A DNA stretch of 41,324 nt. Source: a bacterium. Its GTDB lineage: Bacteria > JAMCPX01. The position numbers and the translations under genes were made by a program. Shown here one piece after another: positions 18,327 to 27,935 of this stretch. Each line of letters starts with the position of its first letter. The first letter of the stretch is position 1. The notes under the pieces are model-generated. The model saw nothing but the letters and a program-made list of their open reading frames with translations, was not told the DNA's origin and ran no database searches. The stretch is taken from NCBI GenBank assembly GCA_037439545.1, contig JBBIVV010000020.1, positions 1 to 41,324 on the forward strand, read 5' to 3'.

Positions 18327-19744
18327 TGCCATCGGACATCACAAATGCTTTTTTTCAAAGCCCGAAGGCACTGGCACGTGCCTATATCATAGGCCGGGCT
18401 TCATATGGAGAGGTTTTTAATCTGGCATCCCGGATCCATTCATGGAGTTTGCATGAAAGAAAAAAAAGGGGACCCCTTTGTCTTGCAACTCCGGACAAGG
18501 CATCACTCATGGCCGCAGTGCTTGCCTCTCTTGCCGGAGGCCCTCTTCTGGTCCTCCCTGCATCTCTATCGGACAATGCGATCTCCGATACCTGCAGGGT
18601 GGTCGGGGCATCTGCGGTGCTGTCCGATCAGCCCGTTCAATTACCGAAGGGCGTCCAGTCCCTCATGATACAGAGGAACGTGACGGATGGCTTTGCCCCG
18701 TTGGCGAAAACTGCCGGCGATGCCGGCGGCAAACTTTTCCGGCATCTTGTAAGAAGGATAGACGAGCCGTTCTTATGGCTTTATACCGGCGGTTCCACAG
18801 GGGCACCGAAGCTCTGGCCTAAAACACCGCGCAACATAATCGGCGAAGCCCTCAACTTAAAGAGCGTATTTGCCATAAACGAAAAAGACATCTTTCTTTC
18901 TACGGTCATGCCGCTGCATATCTATGGTCTGTTGTTTTCGGTGCTCCTCCCCTTTGTTTCAGGGGCACGCATCGCTGGCGGCATACCCTATTTCCCGCGT
19001 GAGATTATCACCACAGCTGCGCGTACGAGGTGCACCATATTTGTGGGCTCACCGGTGCATTACCGCGCACTTTCCACATCTCTCTTCAGTCTGTCAAACC
19101 TCAAGCGGGCGTTCTCCTCGGGAGGTTTTCTGGAAAAAGCGCACAGCTTATACTTTACCCGTGCCACGGGAACCGGAGTCGTCGAAGTTTACGGCTCCAC
19201 GGAAACGGGCGGGATTGCAATACGGTGCCAGGCCGAAGGAGAATCTGCGTGGCGGCCTTTTTCGTGTGTCCGCTGGAGAGTTGCAGGCACACGGCTCTCC
19301 GTATCGTCTCCATTCCTGTCGCCGAACTTGCGAAAAAATAAAAAAGGCTTTTTCACTACCGGCGATAGAGCTGCTGATTCCGGAGACGGGACGTTCGTGC
19401 TTCACGGCAGGACGGACGGGATCGTCAAGATCGGCGGTAAGCGGGTCGACCTTACGGCGATTGAACAAAAAATAAAATCGCTTTCTTCGATCATGGATGC
19501 ATGGGTCCTCTCTCTCCCCTCCAAGTCTGGGCGTGAAAACGAGATTGCAGTACTTGTCGTGACAGAGGCGGGGCTCCCTTATTTAAGGAAGGCTTTTGCC
19601 CGGGTATTGGAACCTACTCATATGCCGAGGCTGATTGTCGGCATTAGCGCTCTTCCCTTGACCCCATCCGGCAAGAGGGACCATCAGGCAGCTCTTGCAA
19701 TTCTCTCGCAATACGCAAGTAACCCGACGCGAAAAATGCAATAA
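18323..19744 (+). CDS. AMP-binding acyl-ACP/CoA ligase (ApeH/XanA2-like)
   Basis: YTGGSTGAPK, PLHIYGLLFSVLLP, EVYGSTETGGIA, TGD, GRTDGIVKIGGKRV, LPLTPSGK. Confidence 0.82.
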   Translation: MMPSDITNAFFQSPKALARAYIIGRASYGEVFNLASRIHSWSLHERKKRGPLCLATPDKASLMAAVLASLAGGPLLVLPASLSDNAISDTCRVVGASAVLSDQPVQLPKGVQSLMIQRNVTDGFAPLAKTAGDAGGKLFRHLVRRIDEPFLWLYTGGSTGAPKLWPKTPRNIIGEALNLKSVFAINEKDIFLSTVMPLHIYGLLFSVLLPFVSGARIAGGIPYFPREIITTAARTRCTIFVGSPVHYRALSTSLFSLSNLKRAFSSGGFLEKAHSLYFTRATGTGVVEVYGSTETGGIAIRCQAEGESAWRPFSCVRWRVAGTRLSVSSPFLSPNLRKNKKGFFTTGDRAADSGDGTFVLHGRTDGIVKIGGKRVDLTAIEQKIKSLSSIMDAWVLSLPSKSGRENEIAVLVVTEAGLPYLRKAFARVLEPTHMPRLIVGISALPLTPSGKRDHQAALAILSQYASNPTRKMQ

Positions 19745-19861
19745 TTAAAAAGCCTGCTTCTTCTTCGTTCTTTGCTTCGTTTTTTCTATTTTATATTTGT
19801 TCTGTGCCTTTGCTTTTGCTGTTTTCAGAATGAGTGTTTTCGGTAAATTTTTAAATCTCAT
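19745..19861 (-). CDS. 38-aa Lys-rich small protein (MRFKNLPKTLILKTAKAKAQNKYKIEKTKQRTKKKQAF)
   Basis: Read by hand: AAGGGGAATGGAAC-ATG, starting 16 bp after the CPBP gene stop; open to TAA at 19745-19747 and filling the intergenic gap exactly. Confidence 0.4.
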   Translation of the reverse strand: MRFKNLPKTLILKTAKAKAQNKYKIEKTKQRTKKKQAF

Positions 19862-19877
19862 GTTCCATTCCCCTTGA

Positions 19878-20537
19878 TTATCTTATAATCGAAAACAAAA
19901 AAAATGAAAGCACGTTGCTGAGCCAGTGGAAGATGATGGAGCCGGCGAGGTTATCATCCTTTTCCCTGAGCCAGCTCAACAAAAGCCCCGGGAAAAACAC
20001 GGCGAGCCTTGAAATGTCCGGGATGACAATAAGGTGTCCTGCAGCAAACAATGCATTTACAATCAGAACCGATGCACCGGCTTTAACGTTGAATATGCTT
20101 GTTTTTTGTGTGTCGCACTGTCCCAGTTTTGACTGTAAATATCCCCTGTAGAACACTTCTTCCGGTACTGCAACCATAAGCAGATTATTTAAAGCAAATC
20201 TTAGCAGGGGCAGTTGGCAAACCGTCCCTGCCGTGAAGGACGACAACCTGAGACCATAAAAATGCTTCATATAGAAATAGAAACCGGCAGAGTAAAGAGG
20301 AAAGATTATCATGGATAGAAGTGCGGCACTTAAAACGGACTTTAACAAGCCTTTACTGCGTATACCGTAAACAGACGGCTGCTGCTTTTGTATAAATAGG
20401 GAGATGATTGGCATGTAGAGGAACAGAACGGCTGCAACAACGCCAAGGTAAGGCTTGAACAGGCTAATCCGGTTTCCTGCAAAGATAACGAGCATTGCCG
20501 CAGCATAGATGATGTAAGGTATCTTACAATGCTTCAT
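19878..20537 (-). CDS. CPBP (CAAX/Abi) intramembrane glutamic endopeptidase, myxosortase MrtC-like
   Basis: PEEVFYRGY, FAAGH, RLAVFFPGLLLSWLRE, FHWLSN; several TM segments. Confidence 0.82.
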   Translation of the reverse strand: MKHCKIPYIIYAAAMLVIFAGNRISLFKPYLGVVAAVLFLYMPIISLFIQKQQPSVYGIRSKGLLKSVLSAALLSMIIFPLYSAGFYFYMKHFYGLRLSSFTAGTVCQLPLLRFALNNLLMVAVPEEVFYRGYLQSKLGQCDTQKTSIFNVKAGASVLIVNALFAAGHLIVIPDISRLAVFFPGLLLSWLREKDDNLAGSIIFHWLSNVLSFFLFSIIR

Positions 20538-23115
20538 TTTTTAACTTGATCAGGAACTGGAGTGCTTCCAGGGGAGTCATGCCGTCGGGGTTGATTGATT
20601 TTAGGACATCGTAAAGTTTTGCATCGCCCGGTTTGAACAATCCATACTGGACCGTATGCGATTCGGCGCCCTCGGCAAGCCTCGGCCTGCCAAGGCTGTC
20701 TATCTCTCCATCCTGTAATTTCTTTAACAATCTTTGTGCAAGGGTGATGACATCTCCCGGCAGGCCGGCCATCTTTGCGACCTCGATTCCGAAACTTTCA
20801 TTCAAGCCGCCGTCAACCAGTTTTCTCACAAAAATGATCTTTCCCTGCCATTGTTTTACCGGTATGGACTGGTTTATCGCCTTGGGATGACTCTGACCGA
20901 ATTCGATCAATTCATGGTAGTGTGTCGCAAATAGAGTTTTTGCCCCGATCTTGTTTGCTATATAATCGAGAACAGCCCATGCAATGCTTATGCCGTCGTA
21001 GGTACTTGTGCCCCTTCCTATCTCATCGAGGATAATCAGGCTTTTGTTCGTGGCATTGTTGAGTATGTTGGCTGTTTCCGCCATCTCAACCATAAAGGTA
21101 CTCTGTCCTTTCGCAAGATGATCCGATGCGCCGACCCTTGCAAATATCCTGTCGATGACACCGAGCCTGGCATATCCGGCAGGAACAAAACAGCCCACCT
21201 GTGCCATTAATGAGATAAGGGCTGACTGCCTTATAATAGTCGATTTGCCCGACATGTTAGGACCGGTAATTATGACGACCTGCCTGCCGGTACAATTTAA
21301 CATTATATCGTTGGGAATGAACGAAGTATCTTTTAAAAATTGTTCTATCACAGGATGTCGTGCGTCTTTTAACTCTAATGCATCGCTGTCGTCAAGAATG
21401 GGTTTCACATATTTGTTTCTCACGGAAATTTCGGCAAAATTTAAAAGCACGTCAAGTGCCGCTATTGCAGAAGCTGTCTTGAGTATACGGTGTGCATTCA
21501 GGGAGATCGTTTCATTTAATGAAAGCAGATACCCGTTTTCAATTTTTTTTATCTCTTCTTCCGCACTGAGCAGCTTTACCTCCATTTCTTTGAGCTTCGG
21601 TGTGATGAATCTTTCACCGCTCGAAACGGTCTGCTTCCTTATGTAATCCGGAGGAACTAAAGACAGGTTGGACTTTGTTACGTCGATATAATATCCGAAC
21701 ACGCTCGAGTATCCCACTTTAAGAGAGCCTATGCCCGTCCGTGCCCGCTCTCCCTGTTCGAATTGCTTCAGCCAGCCTTTTGTGTCTTTTACGAGCAGCT
21801 TTAATTCATCGAGCTGGGCATTGATATCGTTTTTTACAAACCAGCCCGAGGTCCCCTGACCTGCGTGTTCATCCGTCAGTTCAATCGTAGAATTTATCAC
21901 GGACTGAATGTCTGAAAGACCGTCTGCTGCATCGTACAACTCGAGGAGCAGGGGTATGTCTTTATTGAGTATGAGCTTTATATCTTTTACCGAATCTATG
22001 GCCTGTGCAAGCCGCTGAAACGATTGCGGAGTTAACGCATTGTTATGCGCCTTTGCGACAATTCTCTCCATATCGCCTATGTCCTTCAGCCGGTTTCTCA
22101 GTTCGGCCCTTGTTACCGGTTCATTGAAAAAATATTCTACGGCAGTATACCGTAACTTGATGTCCGGCACTGAGACGGACGGGAACCTGAGATAATTCCT
22201 CAGCATCCTCGATCCCATGGGGGTAACGGTTTTATCCATGATACCGATAAGGCTTATCTTCTCGGAACCGTCTATAATGGAATTGAACAGTTCAAGGTTG
22301 CGTATGGTTGCATTGTCCATATAAAGATAGGAAGAAGACAGGATCCTTTTGATCGTAACAGTGCTTATCGGTGTTTTTGTATCTTCAAGATACCTGAACA
22401 GGACGGCAATAAGGGAGAGCATGAGGTGCTCATCGTCTAATCCCGCGCCTGCGATCTGGTCTGCCCACATAGTCAGTGCCCTTTCCTTTACATTATCCCA
22501 GTCAAAATATTGTTCCGGCACAGGCGTCAATATAAACGGCAGCTCTGCTCCGAACAGATTGACCACCGGTGAAGGTATCGATTTATCCTTATACAGGAGC
22601 TCTTTCGGCATGAGCTTTATTATTTCTGAAAATACCTTTTCCGGATCAGAGGTTGACATCAAAAGCAATTCCGATGTGGATGGTTCAAAGAACGCTATAC
22701 CATAACTGCCATGGGAGTTGATCAGGGCAGAGATGTAATTTGTTTGGTTCGATTGCAGCATGTCGGGATCATAGATGAGTCCCGGCGTTGCAACCCTTAT
22801 GACATCCCTCTTTACAATGCCCTTTGCTTTTGCCGGGTCTTCGAGCTGTTCGCATATCGCAACTTTGAATCCGGCATCCAACAGCTTTTTTATATACGGT
22901 GCCGCTGCATGATACGGCACTCCGCACATGGGAACAGGGTCTGCGACATCTTTATGTCTCGATGTCAGTGTCAGGTCGAGGACGGGTGCTGCCGTGATTG
23001 CGTCCTCGAAAAACATCTCATAGAAATCACCGAGCCTGTAGAACAGGATTGCATCCTTATAGTTAGATTTTATCTCAAGATATTGCTGGACTAAAGGGGT
23101 AGGAGATTTATTCAT
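20524..23115 (-). CDS. mutS: DNA mismatch repair protein MutS
   Basis: GDFYEMFFEDA, PMCGVPYHA, TGPNMSGKS, STFMVEM, DEIGRGTST, FATHYHEL. Confidence 0.98.
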   Translation of the reverse strand: MNKSPTPLVQQYLEIKSNYKDAILFYRLGDFYEMFFEDAITAAPVLDLTLTSRHKDVADPVPMCGVPYHAAAPYIKKLLDAGFKVAICEQLEDPAKAKGIVKRDVIRVATPGLIYDPDMLQSNQTNYISALINSHGSYGIAFFEPSTSELLLMSTSDPEKVFSEIIKLMPKELLYKDKSIPSPVVNLFGAELPFILTPVPEQYFDWDNVKERALTMWADQIAGAGLDDEHLMLSLIAVLFRYLEDTKTPISTVTIKRILSSSYLYMDNATIRNLELFNSIIDGSEKISLIGIMDKTVTPMGSRMLRNYLRFPSVSVPDIKLRYTAVEYFFNEPVTRAELRNRLKDIGDMERIVAKAHNNALTPQSFQRLAQAIDSVKDIKLILNKDIPLLLELYDAADGLSDIQSVINSTIELTDEHAGQGTSGWFVKNDINAQLDELKLLVKDTKGWLKQFEQGERARTGIGSLKVGYSSVFGYYIDVTKSNLSLVPPDYIRKQTVSSGERFITPKLKEMEVKLLSAEEEIKKIENGYLLSLNETISLNAHRILKTASAIAALDVLLNFAEISVRNKYVKPILDDSDALELKDARHPVIEQFLKDTSFIPNDIMLNCTGRQVVIITGPNMSGKSTIIRQSALISLMAQVGCFVPAGYARLGVIDRIFARVGASDHLAKGQSTFMVEMAETANILNNATNKSLIILDEIGRGTSTYDGISIAWAVLDYIANKIGAKTLFATHYHELIEFGQSHPKAINQSIPVKQWQGKIIFVRKLVDGGLNESFGIEVAKMAGLPGDVITLAQRLLKKLQDGEIDSLGRPRLAEGAESHTVQYGLFKPGDAKLYDVLKSINPDGMTPLEALQFLIKLKNEAL

Positions 23116-23118
23116 TTC

Positions 23119-25356
23119 CTATTTCTTTTCGATATAATCACAGTCCTTGTTCGGACATGCAATGACCACTCCATCTTTCTGCGTGTATTTTTCTATAAGA
23201 TACTTAGATCCGCATTTCGGACATGCTTTGTTCACGGGTTTGTTCCATGAAACAAAATCGCATTTCGGATAATTGGTGCAGCCATAAAACAGCCTGCCTT
23301 TTTTTGTGGAGCGCTCTGCAACATCGCCGCCGCACACAGGACATTTTACCTCTATTGCGTAGGGCTTCGTATTTTTACATTTCGGATAATTCCCGCATGC
23401 AAGAAAACGCGCGCCTGATTTTGTTCGTTTCACCAGCATCGCACCGCCGCACAATTCACATTTTAAATCGGACTTCTCGTTTTCGATTACCAGTATCTTG
23501 CCATTCTCGTCCCTTTTGAAATTTTTCGTATTTTTACATTCCGGGTAATTGGAACAGGCAAGGAACATGCCGTTCCGCCCCCATTTTATTACCATGGGCG
23601 ATCCGCACTTCTCGCATTGAATATCCGTTTTTTCCTCTGTTGCCTTCATGTTCTTCATCTGTTTTCCTGCCTTGACAAGCAACTGCTCGAATGTTTTATA
23701 AAATACCTTCAGCAGTTCGATGTAATTGGTATTTCCTTCTTCTACGTTGTCCAGTTTGTCTTCCATATCAGCGGTAAATCCTATATCCATGATCTGCGGG
23801 AAGTTTTTTATAAGCATGTCGGTCACAATAGTACCGAGTTCCGTCGGGGCAAATCTGCCTTCGCTTTTCAGTACGTAGCCCCTGTGCTGGATTGTAAACA
23901 GAATCGTGGCATACGTGGAAGGCCTGCCAATGCCCTTTTCTTCCAGTTCCTTTACCAGAGATGCCTCTGTGTACCGTGGTGGCGGTTCTGTAAAGTGCTG
24001 GTGCGGTATGACGTCCTTCAATGCAGTCTTATCTTTATTATGCAAGTCCGGCAGGATGGTCTCTTCCCTTTGCTCTTCGTAGACCTTCAGATATCCGTCG
24101 AATGCAAGGGTCGAACCGATTGCCCGGAATACAAACCTGCCGCCGGTTATCTGGACGACCATTTGTTTGAACACTGCGGGCGTCATCTGGCTTGCAATAA
24201 ACCTTTCCCAGATCAGCCTGTAAAGGGCGTATTCCTGGTCCGACAGGTATTTTTTTACCTTCTCCGGATTCAGGTCGAACCTTGTCGGCCGGACGGCCTC
24301 ATGAGCATCCTGTGCCGATTTTTTATTTTTGTAGAAATTCGGAGATTCCGGCAGGTAATTTTTGCCGAACGTACCGTTGATGTAGGACCGGACGTTTGAT
24401 AATGCCTCGTCCGCTATCCTTACGGAGTCAGTCCTCATATAGGTTATAAGAGCCGTATGTCCCTCTTTGCCGAGCTCGACACCTTCATAGAGTTTTTGAG
24501 CGATCTTCATGGTCCTGTCTGCAGTAAACCTCAGCCGCTTTATAGACTCCTGCTGGAGCGTACTCGTTATGAACGGCGGCAAGGGATAGGATTTCCTTTC
24601 TTTGAGTTCGATTCCCGTGACCGCAAAGGCCTGTTTTTTGATCTCGTCGACGAGAGAAGCAGCGGTATCTTTATCGGAAATATCGACATTCTTGTCATCG
24701 ACGCTGGAAAGCTTTGCTTCGAAGATTTCCTTGTCCGGCGTTATGAAGCTCCCTGTAATCGACCAGTATTCCTGGGAAACGAAAGCTTCTCTTTCTTTTT
24801 CCCGATCGCATATAAGCCTCACTGCAACGGACTGAACTCTTCCGGCGCTCAATCCTCTTCTTACCTTGTCCCACAGCAACGGGCTGATCTGATATCCGAC
24901 GAGCCTGTCCAGTATACGACGGGCAAGGTATGAGTCATACATGTTCTCATTCAGTGTGCCGTGATTTTTTATCCCGTCGAGAACAGCCTGCTTCGTGATC
25001 TCATTAAACATCACCCTGTATATTTGTATTTTCGTGTTTTGCTTTTTAAGCTCATCGGCTATGTGCCATGCGATTGCTTCGCCTTCCCTGTCGGGGTCCG
25101 GCGCAAGGTATATGACCGTTGCGTCTTTTGCTGCTTTTCTGATGGCTGATATGACCTTGAGCTTTGTTTTCAACAGTTCATACTCTGCCTTAAATGTTTT
25201 CGTATCAACGCCGAGTTTCGATTTAGGCAGGTCTTTGATGTGTCCCATTGAAGCAACGACCTCATAATCCCCCCCCAAAAACTTTTTAATGGTTTTCGTT
25301 TTTGCCGGCGACTCTACTACAATAAGATATTTTTCCGCATGTTTTACATTAGGCAT
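23119..25356 (-). CDS. topA: DNA topoisomerase I
   Basis: IVVESPAK, DPDREGEAIAWH, SAGRVQS, ITYMRTDS, GIGRPSTYA, C-terminal zinc ribbons; ATG 25356 after GGAG preferred over GTG 25362. Confidence 0.97.
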   Translation of the reverse strand: MPNVKHAEKYLIVVESPAKTKTIKKFLGGDYEVVASMGHIKDLPKSKLGVDTKTFKAEYELLKTKLKVISAIRKAAKDATVIYLAPDPDREGEAIAWHIADELKKQNTKIQIYRVMFNEITKQAVLDGIKNHGTLNENMYDSYLARRILDRLVGYQISPLLWDKVRRGLSAGRVQSVAVRLICDREKEREAFVSQEYWSITGSFITPDKEIFEAKLSSVDDKNVDISDKDTAASLVDEIKKQAFAVTGIELKERKSYPLPPFITSTLQQESIKRLRFTADRTMKIAQKLYEGVELGKEGHTALITYMRTDSVRIADEALSNVRSYINGTFGKNYLPESPNFYKNKKSAQDAHEAVRPTRFDLNPEKVKKYLSDQEYALYRLIWERFIASQMTPAVFKQMVVQITGGRFVFRAIGSTLAFDGYLKVYEEQREETILPDLHNKDKTALKDVIPHQHFTEPPPRYTEASLVKELEEKGIGRPSTYATILFTIQHRGYVLKSEGRFAPTELGTIVTDMLIKNFPQIMDIGFTADMEDKLDNVEEGNTNYIELLKVFYKTFEQLLVKAGKQMKNMKATEEKTDIQCEKCGSPMVIKWGRNGMFLACSNYPECKNTKNFKRDENGKILVIENEKSDLKCELCGGAMLVKRTKSGARFLACGNYPKCKNTKPYAIEVKCPVCGGDVAERSTKKGRLFYGCTNYPKCDFVSWNKPVNKACPKCGSKYLIEKYTQKDGVVIACPNKDCDYIEKK

Positions 25357-25358
25357 GT

Positions 25359-26456
25359 TCACTCCGTTTTAATAAATCTCTTTCCGGGCAATTGTTTTAC
25401 CGTGCCGTTCAGTTCCATTTCAGTAAGAATACTCATTACTTTCGCCGTGTCAAATTTTAATCTTGAAATCACGGTGTCGAGATCAACGGGTGTCGACGAC
25501 AAAACGGAGAGTACCTCTGTATGCGATTGCGGCATCTCAGGCTTATCGCACTGTTCGAAAGGTATGAGCGCGTGTAATTCCTTGATGAGGTTATCTATGG
25601 TGTCGACCATATTTCCGCCCTGTTTTATAAGCCTGTTCGTTCCCTGGCTCATCATCGAAAATATAGGCCCGGGTACTGCAAAAACTTCTCTGCCCTGATC
25701 GAGTGCATGAGATACGGTGATCATGGTGCCGCTGTTCAGCGATGCCTCTGTCACAATCACTGCTATGGACATACCGCTTATAATGCGGTTTCTCCCGGGG
25801 AAGTTCGTTTCTATCGGCGGTGTTCCCGGAGGATATTCTGTCAGTATAAGCCCATGTCGTGCAATGTCCTGCGCAAGCTGGATGTTCTCCGAAGGATATA
25901 CCCTGTCTATGCCCGTTCCCCATACGGCAACAGTGCTGCCCTTATGCAGAATTGCCGTCTTGTGCGCCGCTGCATCTATACCCTTTGCCATACCGCTCGC
26001 TATGGTGTAGCCCTGATGAACGAGCTCTGCAGCAATCTCACCCGTTATCTGTTCTCCATAGGGCGAAGGGAACCTTGTCCCAACGACAGCGATGCATTTC
26101 TGTGCCGGAGTATCCAGCACGCCCTTCGCATAGAGAAATGGGGGTGGATCCGGTATCTGCTTCAACAGTTTGGGATATTGTCCATCAGTGAGCGTAATGA
26201 TGTCGATATTCTGTTCTCTTATCCGGCTCAGCTCGTCGTCGACCTCATCAAACCTGTCGAAATCCTTGATTCTGGCGGCGATTGACCCGGCTATGCCGTC
26301 AACCTTCTGCAGTTCTTCCATGGATGCAGAAAATACGGACTCGGGACTGTGGAAAGCATGTACAAGTTTTTTAAAGTATACATTGCCGATGCCTCCGACG
26401 CGCTTGAGTGCCAGCCAGTAGTACAGATCATCTCGTGTGCCGGTGTTTTTGATCAT
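25359..26456 (-). CDS. dprA: DNA-processing protein DprA/Smf
   Basis: PDPPPFLY, AVVGTR, SGMAKGIDAAAH, FPGRNRIISG, GREVFAVPG, C-terminal winged helix. Confidence 0.96.
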   Translation of the reverse strand: MIKNTGTRDDLYYWLALKRVGGIGNVYFKKLVHAFHSPESVFSASMEELQKVDGIAGSIAARIKDFDRFDEVDDELSRIREQNIDIITLTDGQYPKLLKQIPDPPPFLYAKGVLDTPAQKCIAVVGTRFPSPYGEQITGEIAAELVHQGYTIASGMAKGIDAAAHKTAILHKGSTVAVWGTGIDRVYPSENIQLAQDIARHGLILTEYPPGTPPIETNFPGRNRIISGMSIAVIVTEASLNSGTMITVSHALDQGREVFAVPGPIFSMMSQGTNRLIKQGGNMVDTIDNLIKELHALIPFEQCDKPEMPQSHTEVLSVLSSTPVDLDTVISRLKFDTAKVMSILTEMELNGTVKQLPGKRFIKTE

Positions 26457-26607
26457 GATTGTTGCAGTTTAAGCAGAGTTGCAAATAATCATCAAGCAAA
26501 AAGAACGAGGTTTCTACACGGATTGTTGCATGTGCCGGTTGAATCGGGTATATAACTCATTATGCTTAAACCGAAAAATGCATTTGCAAACAGGGGAGTT
26601 TGAGCGA

Positions 26608-27123
26608 ATGAGCAAACTTCCCTGTTGCATTTTTCGGGTTAAAACAGCAGTAACAAACATACCTTTGCTTGGATCGGTCAGGGTTACCGCGTCGGATAAA
26701 GGAATAACAGCCGTCGAGTTCGTAAAGAAAAAGATTTGTAACAGGAATAATGGTACCGCGAAGCGTGACCCTGCTGCACTACTGAACAAGGCAATAAAGG
26801 AATTAAGGCTTTACGCAGAAGGCAGATTGAAACGGTTTTCCGTGCCTGTTTCTCTACCTACTCTTTCTGCTTTTACAAAGCGTGTGCTGGAAGAAGTGCA
26901 AAAAATTCCGTATGGCACAACCATCAGTTATAAGCAGCTTGCATCGGCTATCGGCAGAAAAAGAGCAAGCCGCGCTGTCGGTAACAGTCTTGGGGAAAAC
27001 CCTGTCCCCATAATTATCCCCTGTCACAGGGTCGTGAGAGCAGACGGTTCTATGGGAGGCTACAGCAGTGGAACAGAAAAGAAAAAAAGGCTTTTGACCA
27101 TAGAAGGTGTTAAAAAAAACTAA
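26608..27123 (+). CDS. ogt: Methylated-DNA--protein-cysteine methyltransferase
   Basis: IPYGTTISY, RAVGNS, active site PCHRVV; ATG 26608 after GGGGAG chosen, exact start uncertain. Confidence 0.9.
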   Translation: MSKLPCCIFRVKTAVTNIPLLGSVRVTASDKGITAVEFVKKKICNRNNGTAKRDPAALLNKAIKELRLYAEGRLKRFSVPVSLPTLSAFTKRVLEEVQKIPYGTTISYKQLASAIGRKRASRAVGNSLGENPVPIIIPCHRVVRADGSMGGYSSGTEKKKRLLTIEGVKKN

Positions 27124-27149
27124 AAATATCGAAGAAACGGCAGGATAAT

Positions 27150-27824
27150 TTATTTGCGTGCAAGTTTTAGGATCTTTTCATAAATAGAAATGCCGTTGCC
27201 GGATTGATTGAACTTTATTTCTCCGATAAAGCTTGTTCCGAGCAAAGTCGATAGTGCATATGCATTTGTCCTTTTTGCCATGTCGTCTTTTTTGTCCCTG
27301 TCATTCAGTACAACACCTAATAAATTCAATCCGCGTGCCTTTATGGAATCAACGGTCAGCAGGGTGTGGTTGATAACGCCGAGTTTATTTGCCGAAACGA
27401 CAAGAACAGACAATGACAGCTCTTTGGCAAGATCTGCGTAAGAAAGGTGTTTTGTAACCGGCACCAGCAAACCGCCGGCACCTTCTACGACAATAAGATC
27501 GTTTCGAAGGGAGAGTTCCCTGTATATTTTTTTAATCTTTCGGACATCTATAAGTATGTTCTCAAGTCTTGCGGCAATAAAAGGTGCAGCGGGTGTGTTA
27601 AACCTGTATGGATTTACCGTGTTCATATCATCCATGCCGCATGCCTTCATAAGTTGTAATGCATCAAGCGGCACGAGCTTGTTCCCCCTCAGTCTGCAGC
27701 CTGTTTCGAACGGCTTTATCGCAGCTACGCGAAGTCCTGACTTTTGTGCGGTTTTTATTATTTGAAGAGTTGTGCGGGTCTTGCCAACGCCTGTATCTGT
27801 GCCTGTAATCAGTATGCCTTTCAT
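27150..27824 (-). CDS. bioD: Dethiobiotin synthase
   Basis: ITGTDTGVGKT, KPFETG, VVEGAGGLLVP, LGVINHTLL; start taken at MKGILIT. Confidence 0.95.
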   Translation of the reverse strand: MKGILITGTDTGVGKTRTTLQIIKTAQKSGLRVAAIKPFETGCRLRGNKLVPLDALQLMKACGMDDMNTVNPYRFNTPAAPFIAARLENILIDVRKIKKIYRELSLRNDLIVVEGAGGLLVPVTKHLSYADLAKELSLSVLVVSANKLGVINHTLLTVDSIKARGLNLLGVVLNDRDKKDDMAKRTNAYALSTLLGTSFIGEIKFNQSGNGISIYEKILKLARK

Positions 27825-27864
27825 TTTCGAAACACTATCAAATAAATTGCTTTTAGACAATAAC

Positions 27865-27918
27865 TTGACTACATAAAACAAAATGTATACTTAATAGTTG
27901 AGTATACTACTAATGATT
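27865..27918 (+). promoter_or_regulatory. Promoter/operator region of the sulfur operon
   Basis: TTGACT (27865) and TATACT (27886; 15-bp spacer, suboptimal), overlapped by the palindrome GTATACTTAA-TAG-TTGAGTATAC (27885-27907). Confidence 0.5.
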
Positions 27919-27935
27919 AAGAATATGGAGGATAC

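Noticed and set aside
23617..24399. Long antisense ORFs (260 aa in topA; also 231 aa in pilT and 192 aa in dprA)
   Set aside because: Antisense shadows of conserved genes with no protein motifs
26479..26607. Cys-rich N-terminal extension of ogt as an Ada-like zinc domain
   Set aside because: TTG start without RBS, lying in the divergent promoter gap with dprA; lacks the Ada CRPSC/RPCKRC motifs
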